Assembly: GCA_022711115.1 (NCBI GenBank)
Contig: JAKLFP010000005.1
Coordinates: 8,572 to 72,571 of the forward strand
Reading direction: 5' to 3'
DNA: 64,000 nt
DNA from: Candidatus Omnitrophota bacterium
GTDB lineage: Bacteria; Omnitrophota; Omnitrophia; Omnitrophales; Aquincolibacteriaceae
In this document: positions 1-9,715 of the stretch, one piece after another
Position numbering within the stretch: the first letter of the stretch is position 1
How the letters are laid out: every line of letters begins with the position of its first letter
Notes under the pieces: model-generated
What the model saw: only the letters and a program-made list of their open reading frames with translations
Told to the model about the DNA's origin: nothing
Databases searched by the model: none
Translations under genes and position numbers: made by a program

Positions 1-587
1 TGTCCTGGATCAAACCCGGTGTTCTGTGGGCTAAATATAAGAAGATTGTTATCGCTCCTGTGGATACGACGCATTTGATGAAGGCGGATTTTTGGCAGGA
101 GATGGGACGGAGTGACGACATCGAGAAGGACATCAAGAAACTCGCGCTGTATACCCGATCCTCTTTTCTGCGCGAATTTTTTATGGATCCCAACAAGCGT
201 TTTAAGGTCACGTACAGCATGGAGCCGAATCCCGATACCCTTCAATTGGAAATGGCGTTGACGGAACTGACTCCGAATAAGGTGCTTTTGAAAGCCGCTG
301 GGTATGTGCCGCTTTATGGTTTGGTGGCCAAAGCCGTGAACCAGACGAATACGAGTTATGTGGCAATCGAAATCCGTTTGAAAGACGCTCGGACAGGGGA
401 AATCCTTGCCAAATTCGCGGACAAGAAGAACGAACCACTCACGTTTGTGAATGTCAATCAGATGACCTGGTACGGTTTTGCCGAAAAGAGAGTGGACCAG
501 TGGGCATTGAAGTTAGTCGAGACTCTGAATCGCCGGCCGGGGCAGGTCGTGGAAGGATCCTCCAACATTGATCTGAGTCTATGGTGA
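1..587 (+). CDS. hypothetical protein, 5'-truncated at the window edge (frame stays open to position 3)
   Basis: The reading frame is open from position 3 to the stop at 585-587; the ORF track gives an internal GTG at 60. I could not recognise any catalytic motif. Confidence 0.4.
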   Translation, partial: SWIKPGVLWAKYKKIVIAPVDTTHLMKADFWQEMGRSDDIEKDIKKLALYTRSSFLREFFMDPNKRFKVTYSMEPNPDTLQLEMALTELTPNKVLLKAAGYVPLYGLVAKAVNQTNTSYVAIEIRLKDARTGEILAKFADKKNEPLTFVNVNQMTWYGFAEKRVDQWALKLVETLNRRPGQVVEGSSNIDLSLW

Positions 588-638
588 TTTTCGGATCAGC
601 ACATCAATGAAAAGGTAAAGCTTTCAAGGCTGGTCTTT

Positions 639-1703
639 TCATTTTGTCATACCTTCACGCATTGCCTCGTCCAACTCTTCTGAAGTAATCACATATTTTT
701 TGAGTGCGCGCGGGGTTTTTTCCCAAAGGGCATAGGGAGTAGCGATAATGACTTCCTGGGAAGGGTCCAGCGTCGACAAGCGCTCCATGGAAAAATTCTC
801 CTGCCGGATGTTGTCCGGCAAAGCGAGAGGCGAGCGGTAGATCCGATCGCGCCAATCTTGCACCGTGCTGACCATGGCCGTATGCTTCTTATTTTTAAAA
901 TAATCTCGGTTTGCCATAAAAACAGAAAGCGGCATTTTGGAATAAATTTGTACGTGCTGGTTCTGTTTTTTGAGTTTTCTCCGGGTCATGGCATCCCGAG
1001 ATTTTTCAATCATGGTGATGGCTTTCGAACTGACTCTTACCACCTCCCGGTTGATCCTTTTGAGTCCCGCGGATATTTGCCAGCGAAAGTAACCCATGCC
1101 ATCCGCAACGTAGCCGAGACTTTTCACGCGAACCGGTTTTTTGCTGAGAGAAGACGCTCCCCAGTTGATAGGAGACATAAAAGCTTTGTCTATGTCATAC
1201 AGGATGTCCTCGAGCAAAACAACCAACAAATAAGCACGGACTTGCATTAATGGAGTGACCCCGCCCAGGCTGTCACCCCCTATGACTGAATTTGCCAAAC
1301 GGGCATCGGACAGCGAGATTTGACGCAGTTGTAAGGCGTCCCAAAATTGGCCGAAACGCCGCACCGGTTGAACGCGTGGTAATCGAGAATAAGCGTACTC
1401 AAGCGAATCGAGCGATTTTGAAATAGGGCTTTTGTTATTCCTAGCAATCAGTCCGATCATCCCGTCACCCAACCGCACAAATTCCAGTTCCGTGAAAGCG
1501 AAAGCGGAAGCGGCGATATTGTGAAGGTCTGTATCTTTTTTATAATCATGGACCGTCATAGGATCCGTCCAGAAAAGATCTTCCGACGAATCCTTGACAG
1601 GGGATGCCACAAGCGTCGTGGAAACAAAACAGATAAATCCGAACGCAATGATCCCTGCGATGCTTTTAATTTGCAAAAATCCCTCCGATGGGTTCCGAAT
1701 CAA
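639..1703 (-). CDS. hypothetical exported/membrane-anchored protein
   Basis: 354-aa ORF with an N-terminal hydrophobic segment (IAGIIAFGFICFVSTTLVASPV). It overlaps the stop of the upstream minus-strand phosphodiesterase gene by 38 nt, which suggests co-transcription. Confidence 0.5.
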   Translation of the reverse strand: MIRNPSEGFLQIKSIAGIIAFGFICFVSTTLVASPVKDSSEDLFWTDPMTVHDYKKDTDLHNIAASAFAFTELEFVRLGDGMIGLIARNNKSPISKSLDSLEYAYSRLPRVQPVRRFGQFWDALQLRQISLSDARLANSVIGGDSLGGVTPLMQVRAYLLVVLLEDILYDIDKAFMSPINWGASSLSKKPVRVKSLGYVADGMGYFRWQISAGLKRINREVVRVSSKAITMIEKSRDAMTRRKLKKQNQHVQIYSKMPLSVFMANRDYFKNKKHTAMVSTVQDWRDRIYRSPLALPDNIRQENFSMERLSTLDPSQEVIIATPYALWEKTPRALKKYVITSEELDEAMREGMTK

Positions 1704-3483
1704 AATCTGTTTTTTCGGAGTGGTCCAGGATCTGGAACAAAGTGGGTGTGACGTCGATGATCCGGTGAGGGGAAGGATCGATCCCGGAACGGATGTTGGG
1801 TCCGGAGAGCATCAAAATCGATCGCAGGGAATCTTTATAAGCGGATCCGTGGTCCGCACCATGAATATCCTCACTCCTGAAATTCCAGCCGGGAGTGGCG
1901 GATAACCAAATATCCGGATCCTGCGCCTTGGCCATAGGAGCAAATTCCGGTTTCCACATCAAGGCGTGAACGATCGCACTGATAGCGTCCGGGTAGTCCG
2001 TTTCGTACGTTGCTTCAAGCCATTCCTGATCGTTATGGAATTCCCCGATGAATTTTTCGGGATCGGGAGTATGAAAATGGGGATGTTTGAGATAGCCGAA
2101 AGGATCGTCTGCGGAGGCTGCTTCATAATTCAGAGATCCCTTTGCGTCTTGAGAAACGTTATGGGCCGGTTCATAACGGTAGCGTAATTTGCCCTCGGTT
2201 GATTCGATATGAATCAGGGCGTCATTGCCCGTTCGTTTCGCGATGTAAATAAGCTCTTCTGAAAGTTTTATAATGAGGAAATCCACGGGATGGGGGTCGA
2301 TCTTTTCCGGAAATTTATTTCTTTGGGAAAGGTCAATGTTAAGAAGCTCCCGGATAAGATTTACCGGTTCTCGGTTGGGACCCAGGCCGTAATGTTGTAA
2401 CTCATACAAGGTATTGGGCCGGTCCCATTTTCCGGAATTGCTGTCCCCAACCGGGAGAAAAATCCTTGCCTGCCCTCTTCCCATATTATCGATAAAGGTG
2501 AAAGACGAGAGGTCCGTTCCGGGATGAGAAATCACATAATCCGGGCTGCGGACATTCATCTTGAGGGTTTTGTAAAAAAAATCACGGTCGAGATAGTAAG
2601 GCTGATTGTAAATCCCCCCCATGCCGCCATAAGAGCCGTGGTCGGAAAAAAAGACGACATAAGGAGCGCGGCCGTTATCTTCACGCATGAAGGCTTCGTG
2701 AAGTTTTCCAATCCATTTGTCCACGCCTTCAATTTTTTTCCGGACTTCCTGGCTAAATTGTCCCCACTCGTACCGGTGCTGGTCCTCATCCATCTCGGTG
2801 AACCAAAGCAAAAACAGTTTGCCGCGTGTGTCCGGAACCATATAACGGAGACCGTACAAGCCATTGACGTTGTCTAAACGCTCCGCGGCTTCGATCGTCA
2901 CGCGGTAAGGGTGTTCAACGTCATTGGCCGCGACGTGCGGCCAGGCCCAGGGTGCTATCAGAGGATGGACCGGAACGACCGAAGAATGATACTTCTCACC
3001 CAAGTAATCATAAAATGCCTTGATCCCGTTTTGCTTGAGAATGAAGGACGGCTTATCCACCCGGCTCAGGAGATTGAAATATCTTGGGAAATGCTCGGGA
3101 ATGAAAAACATTCGTTTCATGATATTTTTTTTTCGGACCGGGAAGCGTTCAAAAACGGATTGCGCCTTGAGACCGGATTGATCCTGCCATTTTCCGGTAA
3201 TCAGACAGGTGAAGGCGGTGATGGTGAGGGATGGGAAAGTGCTGAAAAAGTTCGGGAAACGAAGCCCTTGGTCATAGAAAAGTTTTTTGATCGTAGGAAG
3301 CTGGCCTTTATCGACCATGTCATCCACCACATCGGGCCGAAGGCTGTCAACAAAGATGAAAAGGATTTTTGAATCCGGAAGAGCGGCCTTATGAGTACCG
3401 CGCGAAGCGGTGGAAGCCGCATGCGCCGGGACTGAAGACGTAAACCATATGGCTAGGAACAGCCACAGTAATATTCTCTTCAT
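1666..3483 (-). CDS. alkaline-phosphatase-superfamily enzyme (type I phosphodiesterase / nucleotide pyrophosphatase-like), secreted
   Basis: 605 aa with a signal peptide (MKRILLWLFLAIWFTSSVPAHA). FVDSLRPDV near the N-terminus and GADHGS near the C-terminus are the metal-ligand motifs of the AlkP / ENPP family. Confidence 0.7.
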   Translation of the reverse strand: MKRILLWLFLAIWFTSSVPAHAASTASRGTHKAALPDSKILFIFVDSLRPDVVDDMVDKGQLPTIKKLFYDQGLRFPNFFSTFPSLTITAFTCLITGKWQDQSGLKAQSVFERFPVRKKNIMKRMFFIPEHFPRYFNLLSRVDKPSFILKQNGIKAFYDYLGEKYHSSVVPVHPLIAPWAWPHVAANDVEHPYRVTIEAAERLDNVNGLYGLRYMVPDTRGKLFLLWFTEMDEDQHRYEWGQFSQEVRKKIEGVDKWIGKLHEAFMREDNGRAPYVVFFSDHGSYGGMGGIYNQPYYLDRDFFYKTLKMNVRSPDYVISHPGTDLSSFTFIDNMGRGQARIFLPVGDSNSGKWDRPNTLYELQHYGLGPNREPVNLIRELLNIDLSQRNKFPEKIDPHPVDFLIIKLSEELIYIAKRTGNDALIHIESTEGKLRYRYEPAHNVSQDAKGSLNYEAASADDPFGYLKHPHFHTPDPEKFIGEFHNDQEWLEATYETDYPDAISAIVHALMWKPEFAPMAKAQDPDIWLSATPGWNFRSEDIHGADHGSAYKDSLRSILMLSGPNIRSGIDPSPHRIIDVTPTLFQILDHSEKTDFDSEPIGGIFAN

Positions 3484-3718
3484 AGGATATTTTCCTTAGT
3501 TTGGTTCATGATTCTACGGAAATGATATCTTTTAATCAAGCATGGAACTTTGGAGAGGGGCATCTTTCATGTGGTCACAAACAGCTGCAGGGCATGCCAT
3601 GAATTTTGAAGAACTGGCTATCAGTTTCGTATATAATGCTGCCGATCAAGAGACCTCTCGTGATCAGTCTCCAGAAACAATCATTATGGGCCACCAAAAA
3701 GCAACAGGATAGAATTGC

Positions 3719-4438
3719 ATGTTGAGTTCACAACACCATTCGGGAATTGCATCCAAGCCGTCGCGCGTCGGTGCTTTTCGTTTTTCCATGGAATATTTTC
3801 TTCTTTCACTTATTCTTCTGATTGCCGCGACTCCTTTGTTAGAGGAATGGGTTTTTGGTGTTCTTGTTGAATCGCTTCTGCTCACACTTGTCCTTTTGTC
3901 CGCGGTGTTCGCTGTGGCCAGCAACCGGCGATCTTTGATCATTGCATCAGTACTTGTCATCCCTCCCTTAGTCATGCGATGGATCCGGTTTTTTTCTCCC
4001 GAAAGTCTGTGGCCGGAAAGCGTTTTTTTACCCGCGGTGATCTTCATGGTTTATGTGATCTGGCATCTTCTTCGTTTTATTCTGCGAGCGCCGTGCGTGG
4101 ATAAAGAAGTTTTGTGCGCCGGGATCGCGACTTATCTCACGCTGGGTTTGATGTGGGCTTTTATCTATATCCTGTTAAGTAACGTCGATCCGGGTTCTTT
4201 CCGATTCACAAGCGGACCGATGGCGCAGGTTTCCATGAGAGGTTTTACGGGGATCTATTTCAGCTTGGTGACTTTAACCACCGCAGGCTATGGTGATGTT
4301 ATCCCGGTTTCCAGTTTGGCGAGAATGCTTGCCGCGATGGAAGCGGTAACGGGTGTGCTTTATGTGGCGGTTTTGATATCCCGCCTTGTGGCCCTGCATG
4401 CGTCGGAAAGTATGGCGCGACGTAGTGGGGAGCGCTAG
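3719..4438 (+). CDS. potassium channel family protein (2TM/pore type)
   Basis: Selectivity-filter signature TTAGYGD preceded by a pore helix and flanked by TM helices. Alternative start at MEYFLL (3788). Confidence 0.75.
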   Translation: MLSSQHHSGIASKPSRVGAFRFSMEYFLLSLILLIAATPLLEEWVFGVLVESLLLTLVLLSAVFAVASNRRSLIIASVLVIPPLVMRWIRFFSPESLWPESVFLPAVIFMVYVIWHLLRFILRAPCVDKEVLCAGIATYLTLGLMWAFIYILLSNVDPGSFRFTSGPMAQVSMRGFTGIYFSLVTLTTAGYGDVIPVSSLARMLAAMEAVTGVLYVAVLISRLVALHASESMARRSGER

Positions 4439-4480
4439 CGAAGTGTTTATGAGCATTTTAGATTTTGAAAAGGAGTCAGT

Positions 4481-5242
4481 ATGCTTTCAATCTTGAATAG
4501 TTTGTTTGTCTTTGGCTGTGTTTTCGGCGGCGCGCTTGCCGGTTTGTTTATCCGGACGATTCTTCCGGGCCATCATATGAGCGAAGAGTCCAGGGATGCC
4601 GTGAAATTGGGGGCCGGTTTGATCGCCACGCTGACGGCTTTAGTGCTTGGACTTTTGATCAGTTCGGCAAAAGACTCGTTTGATTCTGTGAATTCCGCTC
4701 TGACGCAATCCAGCGCAAAGATCATCTTGCTGGATCGCACGTTGTCGAAATACGGACCGGAGACACAAAAAGCTCGGGAGCAACTGAAAGAGTCTTTAAC
4801 TTCGAGTATTGCGATGTTCTGGCCTGAAAAAAAGGCACAAATGCCGAAGTTGAGTGCTTTTGAGAAAAAAACGGGCATGGAGCAGGTTCAGGACCGGGTT
4901 CGGGAACTCGCCCCGCAGAGCGATCCCCAAAGATCACTTCAAGTGCAGGCGATCCAACTCAGCAATGACATTTTACAGATTCGGTGGTTGATGATCGAGC
5001 AAGCCCAGATTGCGCTGCCGAAAGTGTTTTTCGTGATCCTGCTTGCCTGGCTTACCATTCTTTTTATGTGTTTTGGATTGTTGGCGCCAAGAAACACAAC
5101 TGTCATCGTCGTTTTTTTCGTTTGCGCGGTATCCGTGGCCGGCGCGATGTTTCTGATCCTTGAAATGAACAGTCCTCTTGCGGGCATGATGAAAATTTCC
5201 AGTGCCCCGCTTATCAAAGCCATGGAATTAATAGGGAGATAA
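4481..5242 (+). CDS. membrane protein with 2 N-terminal and 2 C-terminal TM segments (DUF4239-like)
   Basis: 253 aa. Hydrophobic segments at both ends and a polar middle; RBS-like GGAG lies upstream of the ATG. Confidence 0.5.
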   Translation: MLSILNSLFVFGCVFGGALAGLFIRTILPGHHMSEESRDAVKLGAGLIATLTALVLGLLISSAKDSFDSVNSALTQSSAKIILLDRTLSKYGPETQKAREQLKESLTSSIAMFWPEKKAQMPKLSAFEKKTGMEQVQDRVRELAPQSDPQRSLQVQAIQLSNDILQIRWLMIEQAQIALPKVFFVILLAWLTILFMCFGLLAPRNTTVIVVFFVCAVSVAGAMFLILEMNSPLAGMMKISSAPLIKAMELIGR

Positions 5243-5352
5243 AGGGCAGGAAAAAATAATTTTTGTTACAGCAGCCTTTTAATATTTCTTAGCTTGACCT
5301 CCATCCCTTATAGAGAGTTTACAGGCAGGAAGTTCTTGTCTATACTCTCTTC

Positions 5353-6771
5353 GTGATGATCGAAAATTCCCTCGAACGAGACAGGCAGATTTTTAGTCGG
5401 CAAAGTCTGTTAACGCTTGCTTTGGCCGTTTTACTGGTATTCCAGGATGACTTCATGCTCCGAATTGCCGGCTGGCTTTTGATCTCTGGGGCTATCCTGA
5501 AATCTCCGGAACAGGGCATGGCGCTTTGCTTTTTCTTTGCGCCCTTCTTTTGGTATTCGGCAGGTTCCTTCAAACTGTTTTTTACGTTAAAACCTTTCCA
5601 ACTGACTTTTTTTCTTACTGTATTGGCTTGTTTTTTTTCAAAGCGAGAGATAATTGGGCATGCCATCAAGCTCACATGTAAAGACATCAAAAACTGGCTT
5701 CTCCTGGGATTTCTTTTAAGTTTATATCTCGCGATCTTCTTGAATCACGCGGATCAAAAAAGTGTGCGGCTGACCCTGAATCTGACACTGCTGATCGCCT
5801 GGTTTTTTCTGGCCTCTGGTATGATCCGAACTCCGCTGCTCTTTGAGGCCTGCCTTAAAAGCTATTTGGCCGGTAGTGCTCTGATCGTGGGCGGTATTTC
5901 TTTGAAAGGAATGCTAGACCGTGGTTACTCCATCTTTGAAGGGCATAATGCCTACGGCGATTTTCTGCTTTTTTGCATTCCTTTAACAGCAGTTTTTTTT
6001 GTTTCGACAAAAAGCAGGGTTAGGAAATTTTTTCTTTGGTTGTTTTTTTCTCTTCTGCTGCCCAATCTTTTTCTTTCCTTTTCGCGGTCGGCGCTTATAG
6101 CGTGCCTCACCGTTTCTTTAGGCGTGATACTTTTCTTTATTTTGAAAAAGCGTGGGCGAGAGGTTTTAATGCTTTTGGGTGCCTTATGTTTGCCTCTCTT
6201 GGTCGCTTGGTATTTTCCGCATAAATTCGGAGATCCACCGATGACATTTCGAGAACGGGTCATCGGCTGCGTTCAAATGGCCGGAGAGGTTGTGGGCACT
6301 GAAAAGAGAACGCCGTTCGTGATCGGCGGCGGATATCAGAGTATGCAAAACGGTCCGGTTCTAGGAACATTTTCGGTAAAAGGAAAAATGGATGCGGCAT
6401 TGAAATTTCGGTTTCTTGCGTGGCGCGATATGATTTCGGAAATAAAGAAAAATCCCTTTTGGGGTAAAGGGCTCTATCTCGACGGGCACAGCGTGTATGT
6501 CGATGTTTTGTATTCTGCCGGGGTGTTGGGTGCGGGGTGTTTTTTCCTTTTTCTTCTATTCTGGTGTTATCAGGTGCTTTGTTTTATAATTCAAAGCCGT
6601 TGCAAAAATTTGGTTTATCCGGCGGTGGGTGTTTTTGCAGGAGTGACGGCTTGGCTGATCCAGTCTTATGTAGAAACCTATTTCCTGCTTTTCTATATCT
6701 GGGCGTTTCTGGCTGCAGGGGCAGCTTTGAGCCAGTTGGGGCAACGGGAGGCTCCGTTACCGTCGGAATAA
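5353..6771 (+). CDS. O-antigen ligase / polymerase family (Wzy_C domain) polytopic membrane protein
   Basis: 472 aa with at least 10 TM segments. It has the Wzy_C-like loop (FSRSALIACL ... periplasmic loop ... WGKGLY) typical of WaaL/O-antigen ligase-like proteins. Confidence 0.6.
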   Translation: MMIENSLERDRQIFSRQSLLTLALAVLLVFQDDFMLRIAGWLLISGAILKSPEQGMALCFFFAPFFWYSAGSFKLFFTLKPFQLTFFLTVLACFFSKREIIGHAIKLTCKDIKNWLLLGFLLSLYLAIFLNHADQKSVRLTLNLTLLIAWFFLASGMIRTPLLFEACLKSYLAGSALIVGGISLKGMLDRGYSIFEGHNAYGDFLLFCIPLTAVFFVSTKSRVRKFFLWLFFSLLLPNLFLSFSRSALIACLTVSLGVILFFILKKRGREVLMLLGALCLPLLVAWYFPHKFGDPPMTFRERVIGCVQMAGEVVGTEKRTPFVIGGGYQSMQNGPVLGTFSVKGKMDAALKFRFLAWRDMISEIKKNPFWGKGLYLDGHSVYVDVLYSAGVLGAGCFFLFLLFWCYQVLCFIIQSRCKNLVYPAVGVFAGVTAWLIQSYVETYFLLFYIWAFLAAGAALSQLGQREAPLPSE

Positions 6772-6842
6772 AAATGAGAAATATGGCAAAAAACAACCGG
6801 GCTGGAAAGCCTTGAACCCTTTTATTTTTTTGCTGGAGCATT

Positions 6843-7748
6843 GTGGAAGATTATCGCATAAGTAAGCTTCGTCTTCTTGAGGCCGAAAGTATTCACATTA
6901 TTCGTGAAGTGGCCGCGTCTTTCGAGCGTCCCGTCATGCTCTATTCCGTTGGGAAAGATTCCTCCGTCATGGTGCGGCTGGCCCAGAAGGCTTTTCATCC
7001 CGGCAAACTTCCATTTCCTCTTCTTCATGTGGATACCGGCATGAAATTCAAAGAAATGTACCAATTCCGGGATCGGTTCACGAAAGAAATCGGAGCGGAA
7101 TTGCGTGTCTATAAGTTCCAGAAGGCCATGGACCAGGGAACTAATCCGTGGGATCTCGGGACAATCCAATGCTGTGCCCTTCTTAAAACCCAGGCCCTTT
7201 TGAATGCCCTTCAAGAGGGAGGGTATCAAGCCGCGCTTGGAGGTGCCAGGCGGGATGAAGAGAAATCCAGGGCCAAAGAACGTATTTTTTCTTTCCGGGA
7301 CGAATACGGGCAGTGGAATCCCAAGAACCAGCGTCCCGAGATTTGGAAGCTCTATAACACCCTGGCTGGCCAGAAAGAAAGCATCCGCGTTTTCCCGTTA
7401 TCCAACTGGACAGAACTTGATATCTGGCAATATATTCATCTTGAGAAGATCCCTGTGGTTCCGATGTATTTTGCCAAAGAAAGAGAAATGATCCTGCGCG
7501 AAGGGCAGCTGATCCCGCTGGACGGTCCTGTCCCTCTGAGGGAAGGGGAAAAACCCCAAAAGGTTCTTTGTCGATTCAGGACATTGGGCTGCTATCCCTG
7601 TACGGGTGCGGTCCGTTCCGCGGCTGCCACAGTGCCCGAGATTATAGAGGAGATCATGACCGTAAAAAATTCCGAGAGAATTACGCGCCTCATCGATCAT
7701 GATCAGGATTCTTCCATGGAACAAAAAAAGAAGGAAGGATATTTCTAG
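6843..7748 (+). CDS. cysD: sulfate adenylyltransferase subunit 2
   Basis: PAPS-reductase-like fold motif [12 protein letters not shown] and overall CysD-like length and sequence. Its stop overlaps the start of the next gene (TAGTG). Confidence 0.9.
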   Translation: MEDYRISKLRLLEAESIHIIREVAASFERPVMLYSVGKDSSVMVRLAQKAFHPGKLPFPLLHVDTGMKFKEMYQFRDRFTKEIGAELRVYKFQKAMDQGTNPWDLGTIQCCALLKTQALLNALQEGGYQAALGGARRDEEKSRAKERIFSFRDEYGQWNPKNQRPEIWKLYNTLAGQKESIRVFPLSNWTELDIWQYIHLEKIPVVPMYFAKEREMILREGQLIPLDGPVPLREGEKPQKVLCRFRTLGCYPCTGAVRSAAATVPEIIEEIMTVKNSERITRLIDHDQDSSMEQKKKEGYF

Positions 7749-9679
7749 TGCCGCAAGGGGCCAAGAGTGTTCACACAATTCTTGAGCAAAGCGAAAAAGC
7801 GGATCTTCTCCGTTTTACGACCGTAGGAAGCGTGGATGACGGAAAATCAACGTTGATCGGGCGATTACTCTATGAAGCGGGGGGACTTTATGAGGATCAG
7901 CTGGCTGCGATTCGCAAAGACTCCGGGAGATTCAAGCGCGAAGAGTTTGACCTCTCGCTTGCCATGGACGGCCTGAAGGCTGAACGGGAACAGGCAATCA
8001 CCATCGATGTTGCTTACCGTTATTTTTCCACGCCGAAACGCCACTTTATCATTGCCGATACGCCGGGCCACGAACAGTATACGCGCAACATGGCGACAGG
8101 CGCCTCCACGGCCGATCTGGCGATCATCCTGATTGATGCCTGCCACGGTGTTTCCATTCAGTCCAAGCGTCATGCCTTTATCGCTTCGCTTCTCGGTATC
8201 CGGCATATGGTGGTGGCCGTCAACAAAATGGATCTTGTGGATTATTCCGAGGAGGTTTTCCGGAAAGTTGAAGAAGATTTCAATATTTTTGCTGAAAAGC
8301 TGAGAATTTCCGACCTCATGTTCATACCGATCAGCGCGCTGAAAGGGGACAATGTCGTTAAAAAAAGCGGAAACACTCCCTGGTATGAAGGATCGGCCCT
8401 GTTGTCTCATCTTGAGACTGTTCATGTCCAAAGTGACCGGAACCTGATTGATCTGAGGTTCCCAGTGCAATATGTCCTGAGGCCGGACCGAAATTTCCGG
8501 GGATATTGCGGACAACTTGCCGGAGGAGTGCTGCGCAAAAAAGACGAAGTACTGGTTTTGCCTTCTTTGAGGAAAACGCACATTCGATCCATCTCTACCG
8601 GCGAAAAAGAAGTGCCTTATGCCTTTGCGCTTCAATCCATCACCGTGACACTTGAAGACGAAGTCGATGTGACGCGAGGCGATATGGTAGTTCACTCAGG
8701 GAATCTGCCGAAGATCCAGCGTGAAACGGATGCCATCCTCGTGTGGATGGATGAAAAACCCTTAAAAACGGGAGAGGTTTATCTGATCAAACATACCACG
8801 CAGCTTCTCAAAGGGACGGTTGCGCATCTTCATTTCAGCATTGACCCGGATGATCTGAAGCGAAAAAAGGCCAAAGAACTGAAGATGAACGAAATCGGCA
8901 GGGCGACGGTTCAGTTTTTTCGGTCTGTTTTCTGCGATGATTATGCGAGGAACCGTGAAACCGGAAGTTTTATCATGATCGATCCGGTGACCCATGCGAC
9001 TGTGGCCTCAGGAATGATCATCGAGAGAGGGCATCTTCCTTTGATGGCCAAACCGGATGAAAAGGCCTCGGTCAAAAGTCCGTTTCTGCACCGGCAGGAA
9101 GGGATCATATCTCTCAAAGATCGCAGCCGTTTATTGCGCCAAAAACCAGCAACGCTATGGATGACCGGCCTGAGCAGTTCGGGAAAATCCACGATTGCTT
9201 TTGAACTGGAAAAAAGGCTCATGGCTGAAGGTCGCTTGTGTTATGTTCTCGACGGTGACAATGTCCGTTATGGATTGAACCGTGATCTCGGATTTTCGCC
9301 GCAGGACCGGAGCGAGAATATTCGCCGCGTAGCCGAAGTTGCGAATCTTTTTAACGAAGCCGGCGTGATTGTGATCACAGCTTTTATTTCGCCGTACCGG
9401 GAAGACCGGGCACAGGCAAGAAAGATCATCGGGGCTGAACGATTCATCGAGGTTTTCGTGGATGCGCCGGTCGAGGTTTGCGAAACAAGAGATCCCAAAG
9501 GACTTTACAAAAAAGCGAAGAGGGGAGAGATTCCGGAATTTACAGGTGTGAATGCTCCCTATGAAGTGCCGGAATCGCCCGAGGTCCATCTGAAGACCGG
9601 AGAAGAAAGTACGGATCTTTCCGCGGGAAAAGTTTACCAGTATTTGAAGGAACGCGGGTGTCTGGAGGCCTGCGAGTAA
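7748..9679 (+). CDS. cysNC: bifunctional sulfate adenylyltransferase subunit 1 / adenylylsulfate kinase (CysN-CysC fusion)
   Basis: N-terminal GTPase motifs (GSVDDGKSTLIGRL, DTPGH, NKMD) as in CysN. The C-terminal domain has the APS-kinase P-loop LWMTGLSSSGKST and CysC-like motifs (DGDNVR, FISPYREDR). Confidence 0.9.
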   Translation: MPQGAKSVHTILEQSEKADLLRFTTVGSVDDGKSTLIGRLLYEAGGLYEDQLAAIRKDSGRFKREEFDLSLAMDGLKAEREQAITIDVAYRYFSTPKRHFIIADTPGHEQYTRNMATGASTADLAIILIDACHGVSIQSKRHAFIASLLGIRHMVVAVNKMDLVDYSEEVFRKVEEDFNIFAEKLRISDLMFIPISALKGDNVVKKSGNTPWYEGSALLSHLETVHVQSDRNLIDLRFPVQYVLRPDRNFRGYCGQLAGGVLRKKDEVLVLPSLRKTHIRSISTGEKEVPYAFALQSITVTLEDEVDVTRGDMVVHSGNLPKIQRETDAILVWMDEKPLKTGEVYLIKHTTQLLKGTVAHLHFSIDPDDLKRKKAKELKMNEIGRATVQFFRSVFCDDYARNRETGSFIMIDPVTHATVASGMIIERGHLPLMAKPDEKASVKSPFLHRQEGIISLKDRSRLLRQKPATLWMTGLSSSGKSTIAFELEKRLMAEGRLCYVLDGDNVRYGLNRDLGFSPQDRSENIRRVAEVANLFNEAGVIVITAFISPYREDRAQARKIIGAERFIEVFVDAPVEVCETRDPKGLYKKAKRGEIPEFTGVNAPYEVPESPEVHLKTGEESTDLSAGKVYQYLKERGCLEACE

Positions 9680-9715
9680 ATTTTTTTGAATGTCATTTAA
9701 AAAGGAGAAAATGTC

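Noticed and set aside
7865-8695. 276-aa minus-strand ORF
   Set aside because: It is antisense to the CysN GTPase domain, a shadow of a well-supported gene.
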